Positions 7,790-16,729 of a stretch of 64,000 nucleotides of DNA are shown here, in pieces. Origin of the DNA: Candidatus Saccharimonadota bacterium (GTDB lineage: Bacteria; Patescibacteriota; Saccharimonadia; Saccharimonadales; Saccharimonadaceae); the NCBI GenBank assembly GCA_024682595.1, contig JAIKZA010000008.1, forward strand, positions 10,697-74,696, given 5' to 3'. The stretch's first letter is position 1. Each line of letters opens with the position of its first letter. Below the pieces are notes generated by a model. That model was not told where the DNA came from. It did not search any database and saw nothing but the letters and a program-made list of their open reading frames with translations. A program made the translations under genes and the position numbers.

Positions 7790-8887
7790 CTAACTAGCTT
7801 GCTGCAAAAAGGTATTTATTGCACCTGCTAATTTGTCAGTAGGGTACTCCCATATTTCATGTGGACCTGGCACCTCAATGAACGCCGCATTTTCATCCTG
7901 TAAAGCCTTTTGATTATCGTCCTTGTATCCTTTATAAAAATTAATATATTCCTCCATCGCTTTTTTATCTCCTCCAAAACTGCTAAGTGCCGTCTCCTTG
8001 AAATATTTTTCATAATAGTCTTTATCGAACTGGTTAGCAGCGATAAACAATTTTGCTAATTTACGATAATTTTCACCCCTAATCTTTATTGTATTTTCAG
8101 CGTTAGCTTTTTCTAGTTCCGACTCACTTACTACGAAATCTGGAAAGGCATTTTCCATCCCTAGAATTTTGCTTGCTCTTGCTAAATCCTCCGTAAAATA
8201 TCCTGTTTTCACTAATTGCTCAGCCTCAGCATCTCTCGTTGCTTCATCCAGCATAAACAAGCGGTGTAATCCTAATTTTGCGGCAATATTGTAGAGGTGA
8301 GTAGAAAACCAATCATAATGATTATATTTTTCCTCTATGGCATTTTCCGGAGAGCCAATATCAAGTGCTATCATCCCGCTTACTTCCTCAGGATATTTTT
8401 CCGCCCAATACATTGCATACTGTCCAGCAATGGAATGAGGCATCAAAATTACAGAGGTTTCCACCCCTATTTCTTTCAGCGTTTTGCGATAAAACTCAAC
8501 GATAAAGTCCGAAGTCGCGTCTATACCAGTATCCTCGGATAAAGCATATCCAGGACGATTTATCAGTATTACTCGCGCGTTCACCTTCTCGGCTAACGGC
8601 GTGAACGAAAGTGCGGCGTTCTGCACATTTAGCCCTGGCATCAAAACTAAAGTATGCTCGGTTTTTTCAGAATTAAAAACTTTGTAATTAACCTCTTGCC
8701 CATCCACCATCACCGTTCTACCAATGTCATAAGATTTTAGCAACTCCCATTCTCGCCCTATCTGTATCTTATGGTTAATAAAAACACCCAGGACAAACAA
8801 AAACATACATCCTAGCAATATACCCGCTATGATGCCAGAGACTTTCAAGATTTTGCGAAATTTCAAACTTTTTTCGTTTTTAACCAT
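7790..8887 (-). CDS. Membrane-anchored alpha/beta hydrolase
   Basis: N-terminal TM helix, nucleophile elbow MPHSIAGQY and LVLMPGL oxyanion region. TATAAT lies 6 nt upstream of the ATG. Confidence 0.75.
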   Translation of the reverse strand: MVKNEKSLKFRKILKVSGIIAGILLGCMFLFVLGVFINHKIQIGREWELLKSYDIGRTVMVDGQEVNYKVFNSEKTEHTLVLMPGLNVQNAALSFTPLAEKVNARVILINRPGYALSEDTGIDATSDFIVEFYRKTLKEIGVETSVILMPHSIAGQYAMYWAEKYPEEVSGMIALDIGSPENAIEEKYNHYDWFSTHLYNIAAKLGLHRLFMLDEATRDAEAEQLVKTGYFTEDLARASKILGMENAFPDFVVSESELEKANAENTIKIRGENYRKLAKLFIAANQFDKDYYEKYFKETALSSFGGDKKAMEEYINFYKGYKDDNQKALQDENAAFIEVPGPHEIWEYPTDKLAGAINTFLQQAS

Positions 8888-9043
8888 AACATTATTATAC
8901 CGTGAAAAGATCCCCGTTCTAAACGGAGGCCTATTGATTGTTATGGCTCTGCGGCCACCTTTATTTCTCCATCTTTAGCAAGTCTGGTTAGTTTTTCGAT
9001 AGTTTTTACCTATATGCCAGCCATACTTAGGAGTATTTGTTAG

Positions 9044-9067
9044 TAATGTGTCAGCCAGGGGGAGCCA
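9044..9067 (+). repeat. att-like copy of the tRNA-Asn 3' end (copy C); probable outer island boundary
   Basis: GTGTCAGCCAGGGGGAGCCA (9048-9067) matches the tRNA 3' end at 16/20 and copy B at 17/20. Sequence to its right is unrelated to the element ends. Confidence 0.5.
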
Positions 9068-9197
9068 GGTTTAATATACAGATATATATTCAAATAAAGA
9101 GACGCTCGTAAGCAATGAAGAGGTCTTTTTTTGTTGTTTTTATAAAAATATTCAAAAGTACTTGTTTTTACGATTCGTTTATGCTTAAATACGTTTA

Positions 9198-9250
9198 TAA
9201 AAAGGTCAAATAAAAAGGTCAAATAAAAAGGTCAAATAAAAAGAAAGGTT
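9198..9250 (+). repeat. 13-bp tandem repeat (TAAAAAGGTCAAA x3 plus a partial copy) just upstream of the protease gene
   Basis: GGTC recurs at 9204, 9217 and 9230. A fourth, partial unit merges into the AAAGG SD of the ATG at 9257. Confidence 0.95.
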
Positions 9251-9256
9251 ACCTAT

Positions 9257-11983
9257 ATGGTTAGGAGAAAAAAGTCTTTGCTTTTTTCGGCATCATTAGC
9301 ATCTGCGGGTTTAGTCGCCGGCGGGTTGTTCATGATTGCCCCAAAAACGCAAGCGAGTAGCGATGAGGTCGCTATATCAAATACAGCAAACGCAGTAATT
9401 CAGGAAATCAGCAAAGAAAGCGGAATTTCAGCTAAAGGCGTGGAGACTGCTCTGAAAACCCATGAGCTAATAGTCAACATTCCAAACCTAGATGAATTTA
9501 AAGAAAGCCATCCAGACGCCATAAAGTATACAAAAATAGCCGAAAAGGTATACGTAGTCGAGTTCGCAGATTATAACACCACATCCGCAAACTATCTTGA
9601 TATAAAAGAAAAAGATAACAATTCTGGCGTTCTTTTAAATATGCAGTTAAAACTTGACGACGATGCAGAATCGAATGCGATATATAATTACGAGGAAATA
9701 AACCGATGCACTAATCGCTCTGCTACAACATACACAAATGGTACTAGCATACCAGACCAGTGCTTGGGCTGGGGAACTTCCGCCATGAAACTAGACACCT
9801 ATGCGAAAAGTCTAACTTCTGGCCAAAAAGTTACCGTTGCTGTGATTGATAGTGGCGTCCGCGCGTCTCACTGGGCATTCAAGAAGACAACCGTAGGCGA
9901 CCGCCTCGATATGACCTATGCTCACGATTATTACGATAACGACACAAATCCCGACGATAGTGGAAACGACGCCAACGACAGCATGACAGCAACTTGCAAT
10001 ATCACTACTCAAACATGCACTAACGTAAGTGCTGGCGCCTCAAGAGTAACGCATGGCACATCTGTTGCAGGAACAATCACCCAGGCCACTCCGGCGAGTG
10101 TAAAAATTGTTCCCATCCGCATTTCCGGCGGTAAAAGCATTGATCTTACGAAGGTAGTAATAGCTGTTTCTGAGTTAAAGGGTAAGGTTGACGTAATCAA
10201 CTTAAGTCTCGGCCTCGTAGAACAATTACCAAATCCGCTACCAGAAGAGTTTCAGACCACAATCGAACCTGCTTTTAGGGAAGCTAAAGAGGCTGGCACT
10301 ATTATAGTGGCCTCGGCCGGCAATGGTAGCGCTGGCTGGGTTTCTTATCCAGCGTCTAGTGACTATACCATCGCCGTATCTTCCGTCAATAATGCTAAAT
10401 CATTCTCGTCGTCGTTTTCTCAACATGGCGCAGAAATCGATTTCGCGGCACCTGGCGAGGAGCTTCTCCTGCCAACATCAAGTACTGGCGCGGATAATAC
10501 ATTAACCCTAATTGGTGGTACATCTTTCTCTGCACCTTACATTTCTGCAGCAATAGCAAATATCTTAACCGAACACCCAAACTATAACTACAACCAGGTC
10601 TATAACGCCCTTAAACTCGATGCTGAAGACTTAGGCGCAGCTGGCAAAGATGAGTACTATGGTTGGGGCAGCGTAAGCTTCCATGTTAACAAATACGCGG
10701 ATTTAAGTATTTCGACGCCAGCCGTAACAGCGGCAACTAACTGGACAAATAGTAATGCCACCATTAAAGCTACTGCGAGCAGTAACGCGTACAATATTAA
10801 TAAGTACAAAGTAGACAATGGCAATACCACAACCGCTACTCCGAGCTCTTGGTCAACCATTTCTTCGTCCAGTAAATCATACAACCTTTCGCAAACTGTC
10901 TCCGCAAACGGAACATATACGCTTTGGTTCAAGAATAGCAACAACGAGACCGCCTCGAAGACCGTTACGGTAAATAATATTGATAAAACCGCACCGGTAA
11001 TTAGCACCGCCCTCTCAGCAAGCAGTGTTACGGCTAATGGGGCAACTTTAAATATTGGAGTAACAGATAGCGCAAGTGGTCTCGGTCGAATCGTCTGGCA
11101 CTATAAAGAAAACTATGCAAGCAGCTATACAGACAAGACCGAAACGTATGCTAGCTCGAGTACTGGTGAGACTTCCGCAACAACTAAGAGCCTAGTTCTA
11201 ACTGGGCTCAATGAATCCTCCCGATACGCAGCATATGCGACCGTCTATGATGTTGCGGGCAACGCTAAAGATTCTGAAACAATTTACTTTGCCACTAGAG
11301 CAGCGAGCGATCCGTCAGTTCCGGCGACTAGTATTGCTGTCAGCCCCGCAACCGCAAACGTCAACGTAGGAGCTACGCTAAGCTTGACCGCCACCGTCAC
11401 TCCTACAAATTCAACCGATACGATTACTTGGAGCAGTAGCGATAGTAGTGTTGCGACAGTTGATGCGAATGGCGTCGTAAAAGGGATAAAAGCAGGAACA
11501 GCGACCATTACCGCCAAGGCGAACGACAATGTCTGGAACACCGCTATTATAACCGTAAAAGCTACTACAACGACGGTTCCAGCAACAGACATAAGCATTA
11601 ATCCTGTTTCTGTCAGTATTAACGTCGGCGAGGAAGCAACCCCAACCGTAACGCTTACTCCTACAAATTCAACCGATACGATTACTTGGAGCAGTAGCGA
11701 TAGTAGTGTTGCGACAGTGTCTAGCACTGGTAAAATAATAGCCGTTAAGGCTGGCACGGCCACCATTACCGCTATGGCAAATAGCAATGTGTCGGCAAAT
11801 ATTACAGTTACCGTACTAGGGGGAACAAACAACGATCCAGTAGCTCCTACTGAGCCAACCGAACCAAAAGACGTTAACATAAAGAATCCTAAAACTGCCG
11901 ATATTAATACTCCTGCAATAGCAAGCGTAGGTGGAATTCTGAGCGCTCTAGCGTTCTTCATCTTCCGCGCAAAACGCCGTTAG
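9257..11983 (+). CDS. Secreted, cell-surface subtilisin-like (S8) serine protease with Ig-like and two Big_2 domains
   Basis: Signal peptide. Catalytic motifs VAVIDSGV, HGTSVAGT and GGTSFSAPY. Two Big_2 repeats (..WSSSDSSVATV...KAGTATITA). C-terminal NPKTAD, then a hydrophobic helix and RAKRR tail. Confidence 0.9.
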   Translation: MVRRKKSLLFSASLASAGLVAGGLFMIAPKTQASSDEVAISNTANAVIQEISKESGISAKGVETALKTHELIVNIPNLDEFKESHPDAIKYTKIAEKVYVVEFADYNTTSANYLDIKEKDNNSGVLLNMQLKLDDDAESNAIYNYEEINRCTNRSATTYTNGTSIPDQCLGWGTSAMKLDTYAKSLTSGQKVTVAVIDSGVRASHWAFKKTTVGDRLDMTYAHDYYDNDTNPDDSGNDANDSMTATCNITTQTCTNVSAGASRVTHGTSVAGTITQATPASVKIVPIRISGGKSIDLTKVVIAVSELKGKVDVINLSLGLVEQLPNPLPEEFQTTIEPAFREAKEAGTIIVASAGNGSAGWVSYPASSDYTIAVSSVNNAKSFSSSFSQHGAEIDFAAPGEELLLPTSSTGADNTLTLIGGTSFSAPYISAAIANILTEHPNYNYNQVYNALKLDAEDLGAAGKDEYYGWGSVSFHVNKYADLSISTPAVTAATNWTNSNATIKATASSNAYNINKYKVDNGNTTTATPSSWSTISSSSKSYNLSQTVSANGTYTLWFKNSNNETASKTVTVNNIDKTAPVISTALSASSVTANGATLNIGVTDSASGLGRIVWHYKENYASSYTDKTETYASSSTGETSATTKSLVLTGLNESSRYAAYATVYDVAGNAKDSETIYFATRAASDPSVPATSIAVSPATANVNVGATLSLTATVTPTNSTDTITWSSSDSSVATVDANGVVKGIKAGTATITAKANDNVWNTAIITVKATTTTVPATDISINPVSVSINVGEEATPTVTLTPTNSTDTITWSSSDSSVATVSSTGKIIAVKAGTATITAMANSNVSANITVTVLGGTNNDPVAPTEPTEPKDVNIKNPKTADINTPAIASVGGILSALAFFIFRAKRR
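11399..11718 (+). repeat. Two exact 62-nt copies inside the protease gene (11399-11460 and 11657-11718)
   Basis: The two copies are identical on direct comparison. The 258-nt spacing equals one Big_2 domain. Confidence 0.95.
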
Positions 11984-11994
11984 TATTATTCTGA

Positions 11995-12022
11995 AAGCAC
12001 CCCTTTTGATGGGGTGCTTTTT
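11995..12022 (+). terminator. Rho-independent terminator
   Basis: AAGCACCCC / GGGGTGCTT stem with TTTTGAT loop, followed by a T-run. Confidence 0.8.
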
Positions 12023-12051
12023 GTTGCCGCGTTCAGCGACATTAATTGAGC

Positions 12052-13164
12052 TTAGTCGCTAAAATCTGAATCCAGAGCTATTTCAAAAGTATAATCTGGT
12101 ATCTCTTTTTGGAGTGCACTATGTATCCGCCGAAAATACGAACTGCGATTTCTCACATCAAAGCCAACGACAATATCAAGACTAATTTCTTTATTCTTTT
12201 CGTCAACATGAAAACCGTGCATTTGGATAACGTGTTCAAATCCAGATACTATTTCATATACTTGATCACGTAGCTCTGCAGCTCTCCCGCCCTTCTTATT
12301 AACAGAATAGACGCCAACGGAATTAATCAAAACATGACATTTTCGATGGACACGACGACGAATTTCTCGGGATATGTCGTCTATCTCTAGTGCAGTCATT
12401 GTGTCTGGAAGTTCAATATTAATTGACGCAAATGTAATATTCGGACCGTAATCGTGCATGACCAAATCGTATGCGCCCTCGACGCCATCAACCTGACGGA
12501 CCTCTTCTCGAATCTTTCGAGACAAATCAGAATCTGCCCGCTCTCCCAAAATAACACTGAAGGTTTCGCGGAGCATTTTAAAACCCGAGTAAGTAATAAA
12601 TAAGGAAATGCCAACCGCTAGATATGCCTCAACGCTAAAGCCGGTCAGTACAAATATCCCGGCAGCAACTAGCGTCGTTAATGATATTAATGAATCAAAT
12701 AATGCATCTTTTCCCGACCCTACTAGAGAATCGGAATCCACTTTCCGCCCTACCCTATATACATATATGCCAAGAACAATCTTGACGATAATTGCTACTG
12801 CCATGACTGCCGCGGTAATTAATGAATAATCTGGAGACTCGGGGTTGATAATTTTCTTTATTGATTCAATAAAAGCCGTAAAACCAATATACATAATAAT
12901 AACAGCCACGACAGCAGCGCTCAGATATTCGGAACGGCCATGCCCCATTGGATGCTCACGATCTGGGGATAGATTTGCAAAATGCGAACCAGCTATCGTG
13001 ACCAATGAAGAGAGCATGTCGCTAAAGTTATTGACAGCATCTAAGATTATTGCAATTGAATTCGACAACAGACCCACGATGGCTTTAAAAATTACCAGTA
13101 ATAAATTTGCTAGAATGCCAATGATACTTGCAACGACGATAGTGCGATGCCTATTATCTTTCAT
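12052..13164 (-). CDS. Cation diffusion facilitator (CDF) family metal efflux transporter
   Basis: Six predicted TM helices plus a C-terminal cytoplasmic domain. HPMGHGRSEY motif. Confidence 0.85.
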   Translation of the reverse strand: MKDNRHRTIVVASIIGILANLLLVIFKAIVGLLSNSIAIILDAVNNFSDMLSSLVTIAGSHFANLSPDREHPMGHGRSEYLSAAVVAVIIMYIGFTAFIESIKKIINPESPDYSLITAAVMAVAIIVKIVLGIYVYRVGRKVDSDSLVGSGKDALFDSLISLTTLVAAGIFVLTGFSVEAYLAVGISLFITYSGFKMLRETFSVILGERADSDLSRKIREEVRQVDGVEGAYDLVMHDYGPNITFASINIELPDTMTALEIDDISREIRRRVHRKCHVLINSVGVYSVNKKGGRAAELRDQVYEIVSGFEHVIQMHGFHVDEKNKEISLDIVVGFDVRNRSSYFRRIHSALQKEIPDYTFEIALDSDFSD

Positions 13165-13172
13165 GTTATTCC

Positions 13173-13751
13173 CTATTGTAGAGTTTTAAGTTTATTTAGT
13201 CGTTTTTCGTACTCTTCGAATAATTCCGCCGGCAATATCTTCGTCCTTAATACACCAAGCACCGCCTCGTAGAACCATATCTCGCGCTCGCGTTTGGCGG
13301 CGAAATAAGTCCAAATACTCTTGCCAAGCTCTTCATATCCGTAGGCCAATTCGCCCATATTATGCATTTTATCGCATGCCGAAATAATGAGTGGACGAAT
13401 ATCGTTGGTATTTTCAATATTATTAAGATAAGCATATTTCCGCGCTCGCCAAGCCTCTTGAGTTGGCGTACGAATATCTGGTTCGGAAACCGTCTCGACG
13501 AGGTTCAGAATTTCGTAGCCAAAATCATTAGCTAAATCATTCGAGGAATAGACACGTTCGGGTACATCCTCCAATACATCATGTAAAATTCCGCCAATAA
13601 ATACTTCCTCACTATCGATATATATTTGAGTCATAAGCGCTACTGCAAAAGGATGAGCAATATATGGGATAGTTGACCCACGACGAAATTGACCATCATG
13701 CAGCCTGGTGGCGATTTTGATAGCTTTATTGATAGGCTCAGAATAAACCAT
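13173..13751 (-). CDS. HD-domain protein, RelA/SpoT-type (p)ppGpp hydrolase-like
   Basis: AIKIATRLHDGQFRRGSTIPYIAHP....GGILHDVLEDV motif set. Confidence 0.8.
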   Translation of the reverse strand: MVYSEPINKAIKIATRLHDGQFRRGSTIPYIAHPFAVALMTQIYIDSEEVFIGGILHDVLEDVPERVYSSNDLANDFGYEILNLVETVSEPDIRTPTQEAWRARKYAYLNNIENTNDIRPLIISACDKMHNMGELAYGYEELGKSIWTYFAAKREREIWFYEAVLGVLRTKILPAELFEEYEKRLNKLKTLQ

Positions 13752-13896
13752 TAGCTATATTTTACAACAGCCTTGCCCATAGCGCCATCGAAACAAAACC
13801 CAAAGGAGTACTTAGGAGGGATTTTATACTTGATATTATGCCATAAAGTCGAGTTTCCGCCAGTCATTATCCTTTTCTATGATATAATAAATCAAG

Positions 13897-14883
13897 ATGA
13901 AAATATCTTTTGTAATACCGGTATATAATGAGGAAAAAGGCTTCAGCCAATTCTATGAAAAAATGTTGTTGCCGGAGCTAAAAAAGCTCAACTACGATTA
14001 TGAGTTAATCTTAGTTAATGACGGAAGCACTGACAAAAGTCTACAGATTATTCAAAAGATTTCCGAGAAAGACAACCATGTCAAGGTGCTATGTTTTTCG
14101 CGCAATTTTGGCAAAGAGGTCGCGCTGACGGCTGGAATTCGCGAGGCGACGGGAGATGCAATATTAACAATGGACGCAGATGGCCAACAACCGCCGAAAT
14201 TAATCCATGAATTTATTAAAAAATGGGAAGAAGGTGGCGAAATTGTTATCGGAGTTAGAGGTAGATACGAAAAACACGGCCTCATTGCAAAAATAGGATC
14301 AAAATTGTTCTATAAGATTCTTGGCATGATGGGCGTAAAAGACACCGTACCTGGCAGCACAGATTTTCGTATTATCGATAGATGTGTCGCAGATGAGTAT
14401 AATAGGTTAACCGAGCATGGGCGCATTACGCGAGGCTTGATGGACTGGATGGGCTTCAAAAAAGTATACATCGATTATATCTACGGGAATCGCCTGGCTG
14501 GAAAGCCTAGCTATAATTTTAAAAAGCTTTTTCAATTAGCAATAGACAGTTTTGTGAGCTTGAGCTCCGCCCCGCTAATCATATTCGCATGGATTGGTGC
14601 TTTTATTACAGTTGCCTCTTTGATATTGGGGATTTTCGTGATCATAGAGGAATTTATTATGGGAGACCCGATGCAACTCAAATGGACGGGCACGACTTGT
14701 TTAAGCATTTTTATTACTTTCTTGATTGGTTTAGTTCTTATATCGCAATCCATTATCGCATTATATATTTCACACATCCATGCAGAAGCACAAGGACGCC
14801 CATTATATATAATTGACCATAAGAACTCGAGGTATTTAAATGAGAGAAAAGCTAAAAAAGCTAAAGAATCAACCTCTAATTAA
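13897..14883 (+). CDS. GT2 polyprenol-phosphate glycosyltransferase (GtrB/ArnC-like)
   Basis: ISFVIPVYNEE, LVNDGSTD and DADGQ motifs, with two C-terminal TM helices. TGATATAAT lies upstream. Confidence 0.85.
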   Translation: MKISFVIPVYNEEKGFSQFYEKMLLPELKKLNYDYELILVNDGSTDKSLQIIQKISEKDNHVKVLCFSRNFGKEVALTAGIREATGDAILTMDADGQQPPKLIHEFIKKWEEGGEIVIGVRGRYEKHGLIAKIGSKLFYKILGMMGVKDTVPGSTDFRIIDRCVADEYNRLTEHGRITRGLMDWMGFKKVYIDYIYGNRLAGKPSYNFKKLFQLAIDSFVSLSSAPLIIFAWIGAFITVASLILGIFVIIEEFIMGDPMQLKWTGTTCLSIFITFLIGLVLISQSIIALYISHIHAEAQGRPLYIIDHKNSRYLNERKAKKAKESTSN

Positions 14884-15319
14884 GAAACACGCCGAAAAAA
14901 TAAGGTTCGTGCTAGTTGGAGGCTTCAATACGGTCTTCGATTTCTGCCTATTTGGCCTACTAACAAATCTGCTCAGTTTCCCAAAAGAAGCCGCAAACAT
15001 TATCTCGACATCTATCTGCATTACAATTAGCTTTATATTAAATTATAAATTTGTCTGGAAGTCGAAAAAGAATTTATATCAAACAGCGCCAGGTTTTCTA
15101 ATCGTCTCGTTGTTTAGCGCTTGGGTAGTGCAAAATTTAGCCATAAATCTCGTTACTTGGATATTTCAAGAAAACGGCGTAACGAAACTAATCGGAAAAG
15201 CTTTTGGTTCGATTTGTGGTATGATTACAAATTATTTCGGTTATAAATTAGTCTTCCGTGGCAAAGAAGATAAGACAAAGACTACTTTGCGCCATCATGA
15301 TGAAGAACGGAAGCAATAG
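14840..15319 (+). CDS. GtrA-family membrane protein
   Basis: RFVLVGGFNTVFDF motif and four TM helices, downstream of the GtrB-like gene. Confidence 0.75.
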   Translation: MREKLKKLKNQPLIKKHAEKIRFVLVGGFNTVFDFCLFGLLTNLLSFPKEAANIISTSICITISFILNYKFVWKSKKNLYQTAPGFLIVSLFSAWVVQNLAINLVTWIFQENGVTKLIGKAFGSICGMITNYFGYKLVFRGKEDKTKTTLRHHDEERKQ

Positions 15320-16709
15320 TCCTAAAGAATATCTGAACATCTAAAGCCGGCGTCCAGTTTTGAACATAATAAATATCAAGAGCGCGGCGCTCATTAAATG
15401 ATATATTACGACGTCCAGACACTTGCGCTAGCCCAGTTAGGCCAGATTTAACCGACAATAATAAGCCACGATCGCCGTAGTTTTTTAATTCTACGGGCTG
15501 CAGGGCGCGTGGGCCAATTAAGGATATGTCCCCCTTTAAGACGTTGATAAATTGCGGTATTTCGTCTAGCGAAGTCTTACGTAGCCATGTGCCAAATTTA
15601 GTATATCGAGGATCATTCTTAATATAGTCGCCTTGTTTGCGATATTTTTCAGATAATTCCGGCTTCCCCATTTTATTAAAAGCTTGTTCCGCCGTAAGAC
15701 CGCAATATTCTTGTTTCATACTTCGGAATTTTAGGAGTGGGAATTCTTGATTGTAGCGCGTAAGTCGCGTATCTTTATAGATTGCGGGCGATTTTGGTTC
15801 AATTATCTTTTGAATGATATAAATAACCAGCATAGGTATCGCAGCTAGCATAGTTAGAATTAGCCCAAAAATTATGTCCATCGCACGTTTGTAAATTTTT
15901 GCCCCACCACTAAGCGGAGTGGCGCGAATTAAAATAATTGGCACTGCGGCGACGAATTCAACATTGCCACTTTGCACAATTATCGAATCCTCAGCAGGAG
16001 AATAATAATAGAGTGCGTGATGGTCTATGGCCGCCTTATTGGTTGCCTCAATATCTTTTGACCCAGTATGAATAATCGCATGCGGACGTAGTCGTGCTAG
16101 AGCAATATCAAGGTTATCATATTGACGTTTTCGCCACTCTTCTGGCACATATTTATCGCTAGCTACTACACCAACCACTTTAAATCCGCTGTCGGCCGTA
16201 ATTCCTTGGAGTAATTGCGTAGTATTATCGCTATTGCCAACAATTACCGTACGAATAAGACCCATATTTCGACGCAATAAGAATTGGCGAATAGCCCGGA
16301 TAATCGTGCGCGTAATAATTAAAACAATAAAATTAAAAACAATTGCATAAATCGCGATCGTACGTACAGGAAATAGTGAGCCGCGCGTAACATATGCGGT
16401 GGCAAAGAAATCGTAAGTAATTATCGTCATGACGCCAATAATGGACGCAAGAAAAAGGCGCCAATACTCTAAGCCGCGACGCCTAAGAATGCGGCGCGAA
16501 TAAAGCCCAAGGCTCGTAAGAATAACTAGCCAGATTGGCAATAAGAGAACGTTCGTTAAAATAAAATCGCGAATCTCGGAAGTGAAATAGTATGGTCGAG
16601 AGTCAATATGAGTGCGGTAATAATAGGAAAATGCAAAAGAAAAGACGATTGCCAATGCGTCACCTATAATCAGGCAGATGCGGTAGGAAAAACCTGGTTC
16701 TTTTCTCAT
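15282..16709 (-). CDS. Polyprenyl glycosylphosphotransferase (bacterial sugar transferase, WbaP/CpsE-like)
   Basis: N-terminal TM helices. C-terminal LDEIPQFINVLKGDISLIGPRA hallmark. Confidence 0.9.
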   Translation of the reverse strand: MRKEPGFSYRICLIIGDALAIVFSFAFSYYYRTHIDSRPYYFTSEIRDFILTNVLLLPIWLVILTSLGLYSRRILRRRGLEYWRLFLASIIGVMTIITYDFFATAYVTRGSLFPVRTIAIYAIVFNFIVLIITRTIIRAIRQFLLRRNMGLIRTVIVGNSDNTTQLLQGITADSGFKVVGVVASDKYVPEEWRKRQYDNLDIALARLRPHAIIHTGSKDIEATNKAAIDHHALYYYSPAEDSIIVQSGNVEFVAAVPIILIRATPLSGGAKIYKRAMDIIFGLILTMLAAIPMLVIYIIQKIIEPKSPAIYKDTRLTRYNQEFPLLKFRSMKQEYCGLTAEQAFNKMGKPELSEKYRKQGDYIKNDPRYTKFGTWLRKTSLDEIPQFINVLKGDISLIGPRALQPVELKNYGDRGLLLSVKSGLTGLAQVSGRRNISFNERRALDIYYVQNWTPALDVQIFFRTIASVLHHDGAK

Positions 16710-16729
16710 TTTCGATAATTATATCATTG

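Larger units (their letters stand above)
7465..9067. mobile_element. Decayed second element E2 (recombinase remnant plus alpha/beta hydrolase)
   Basis: Bounded by att-like copies B (7433-7464) and C (9044-9067). Homology to E1 stops abruptly near 7755-7765. Confidence 0.5.

Noticed and set aside
9040-9222. 60-aa minus-strand ORF upstream of the protease gene
   Set aside because: It spans att-like copy C and AT-rich promoter DNA, with no signals. It is most likely spurious.
9198-9250. CRISPR array or CRISPR-like repeats (also considered for 62857-62976 and 27707-27865)
   Set aside because: The units are only 13-15 nt or are coding duplications. They have no spacers of unique sequence, and no cas genes are present in the window.
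11284-11961. 225-aa hydrophobic ORF antisense to the Big_2 region of the protease
   Set aside because: It is the complement of Thr/Ala/Val-rich repeat codons and lies entirely inside a well-supported gene. No independent signals.
15282-15319. 38-nt convergent overlap of the gtrA-like and sugar-transferase gene 3' ends as a regulatory feature
   Set aside because: It is probably just the unconserved charged tail of the GtrA-like ORF running to the first stop. No structure or motif is evident.
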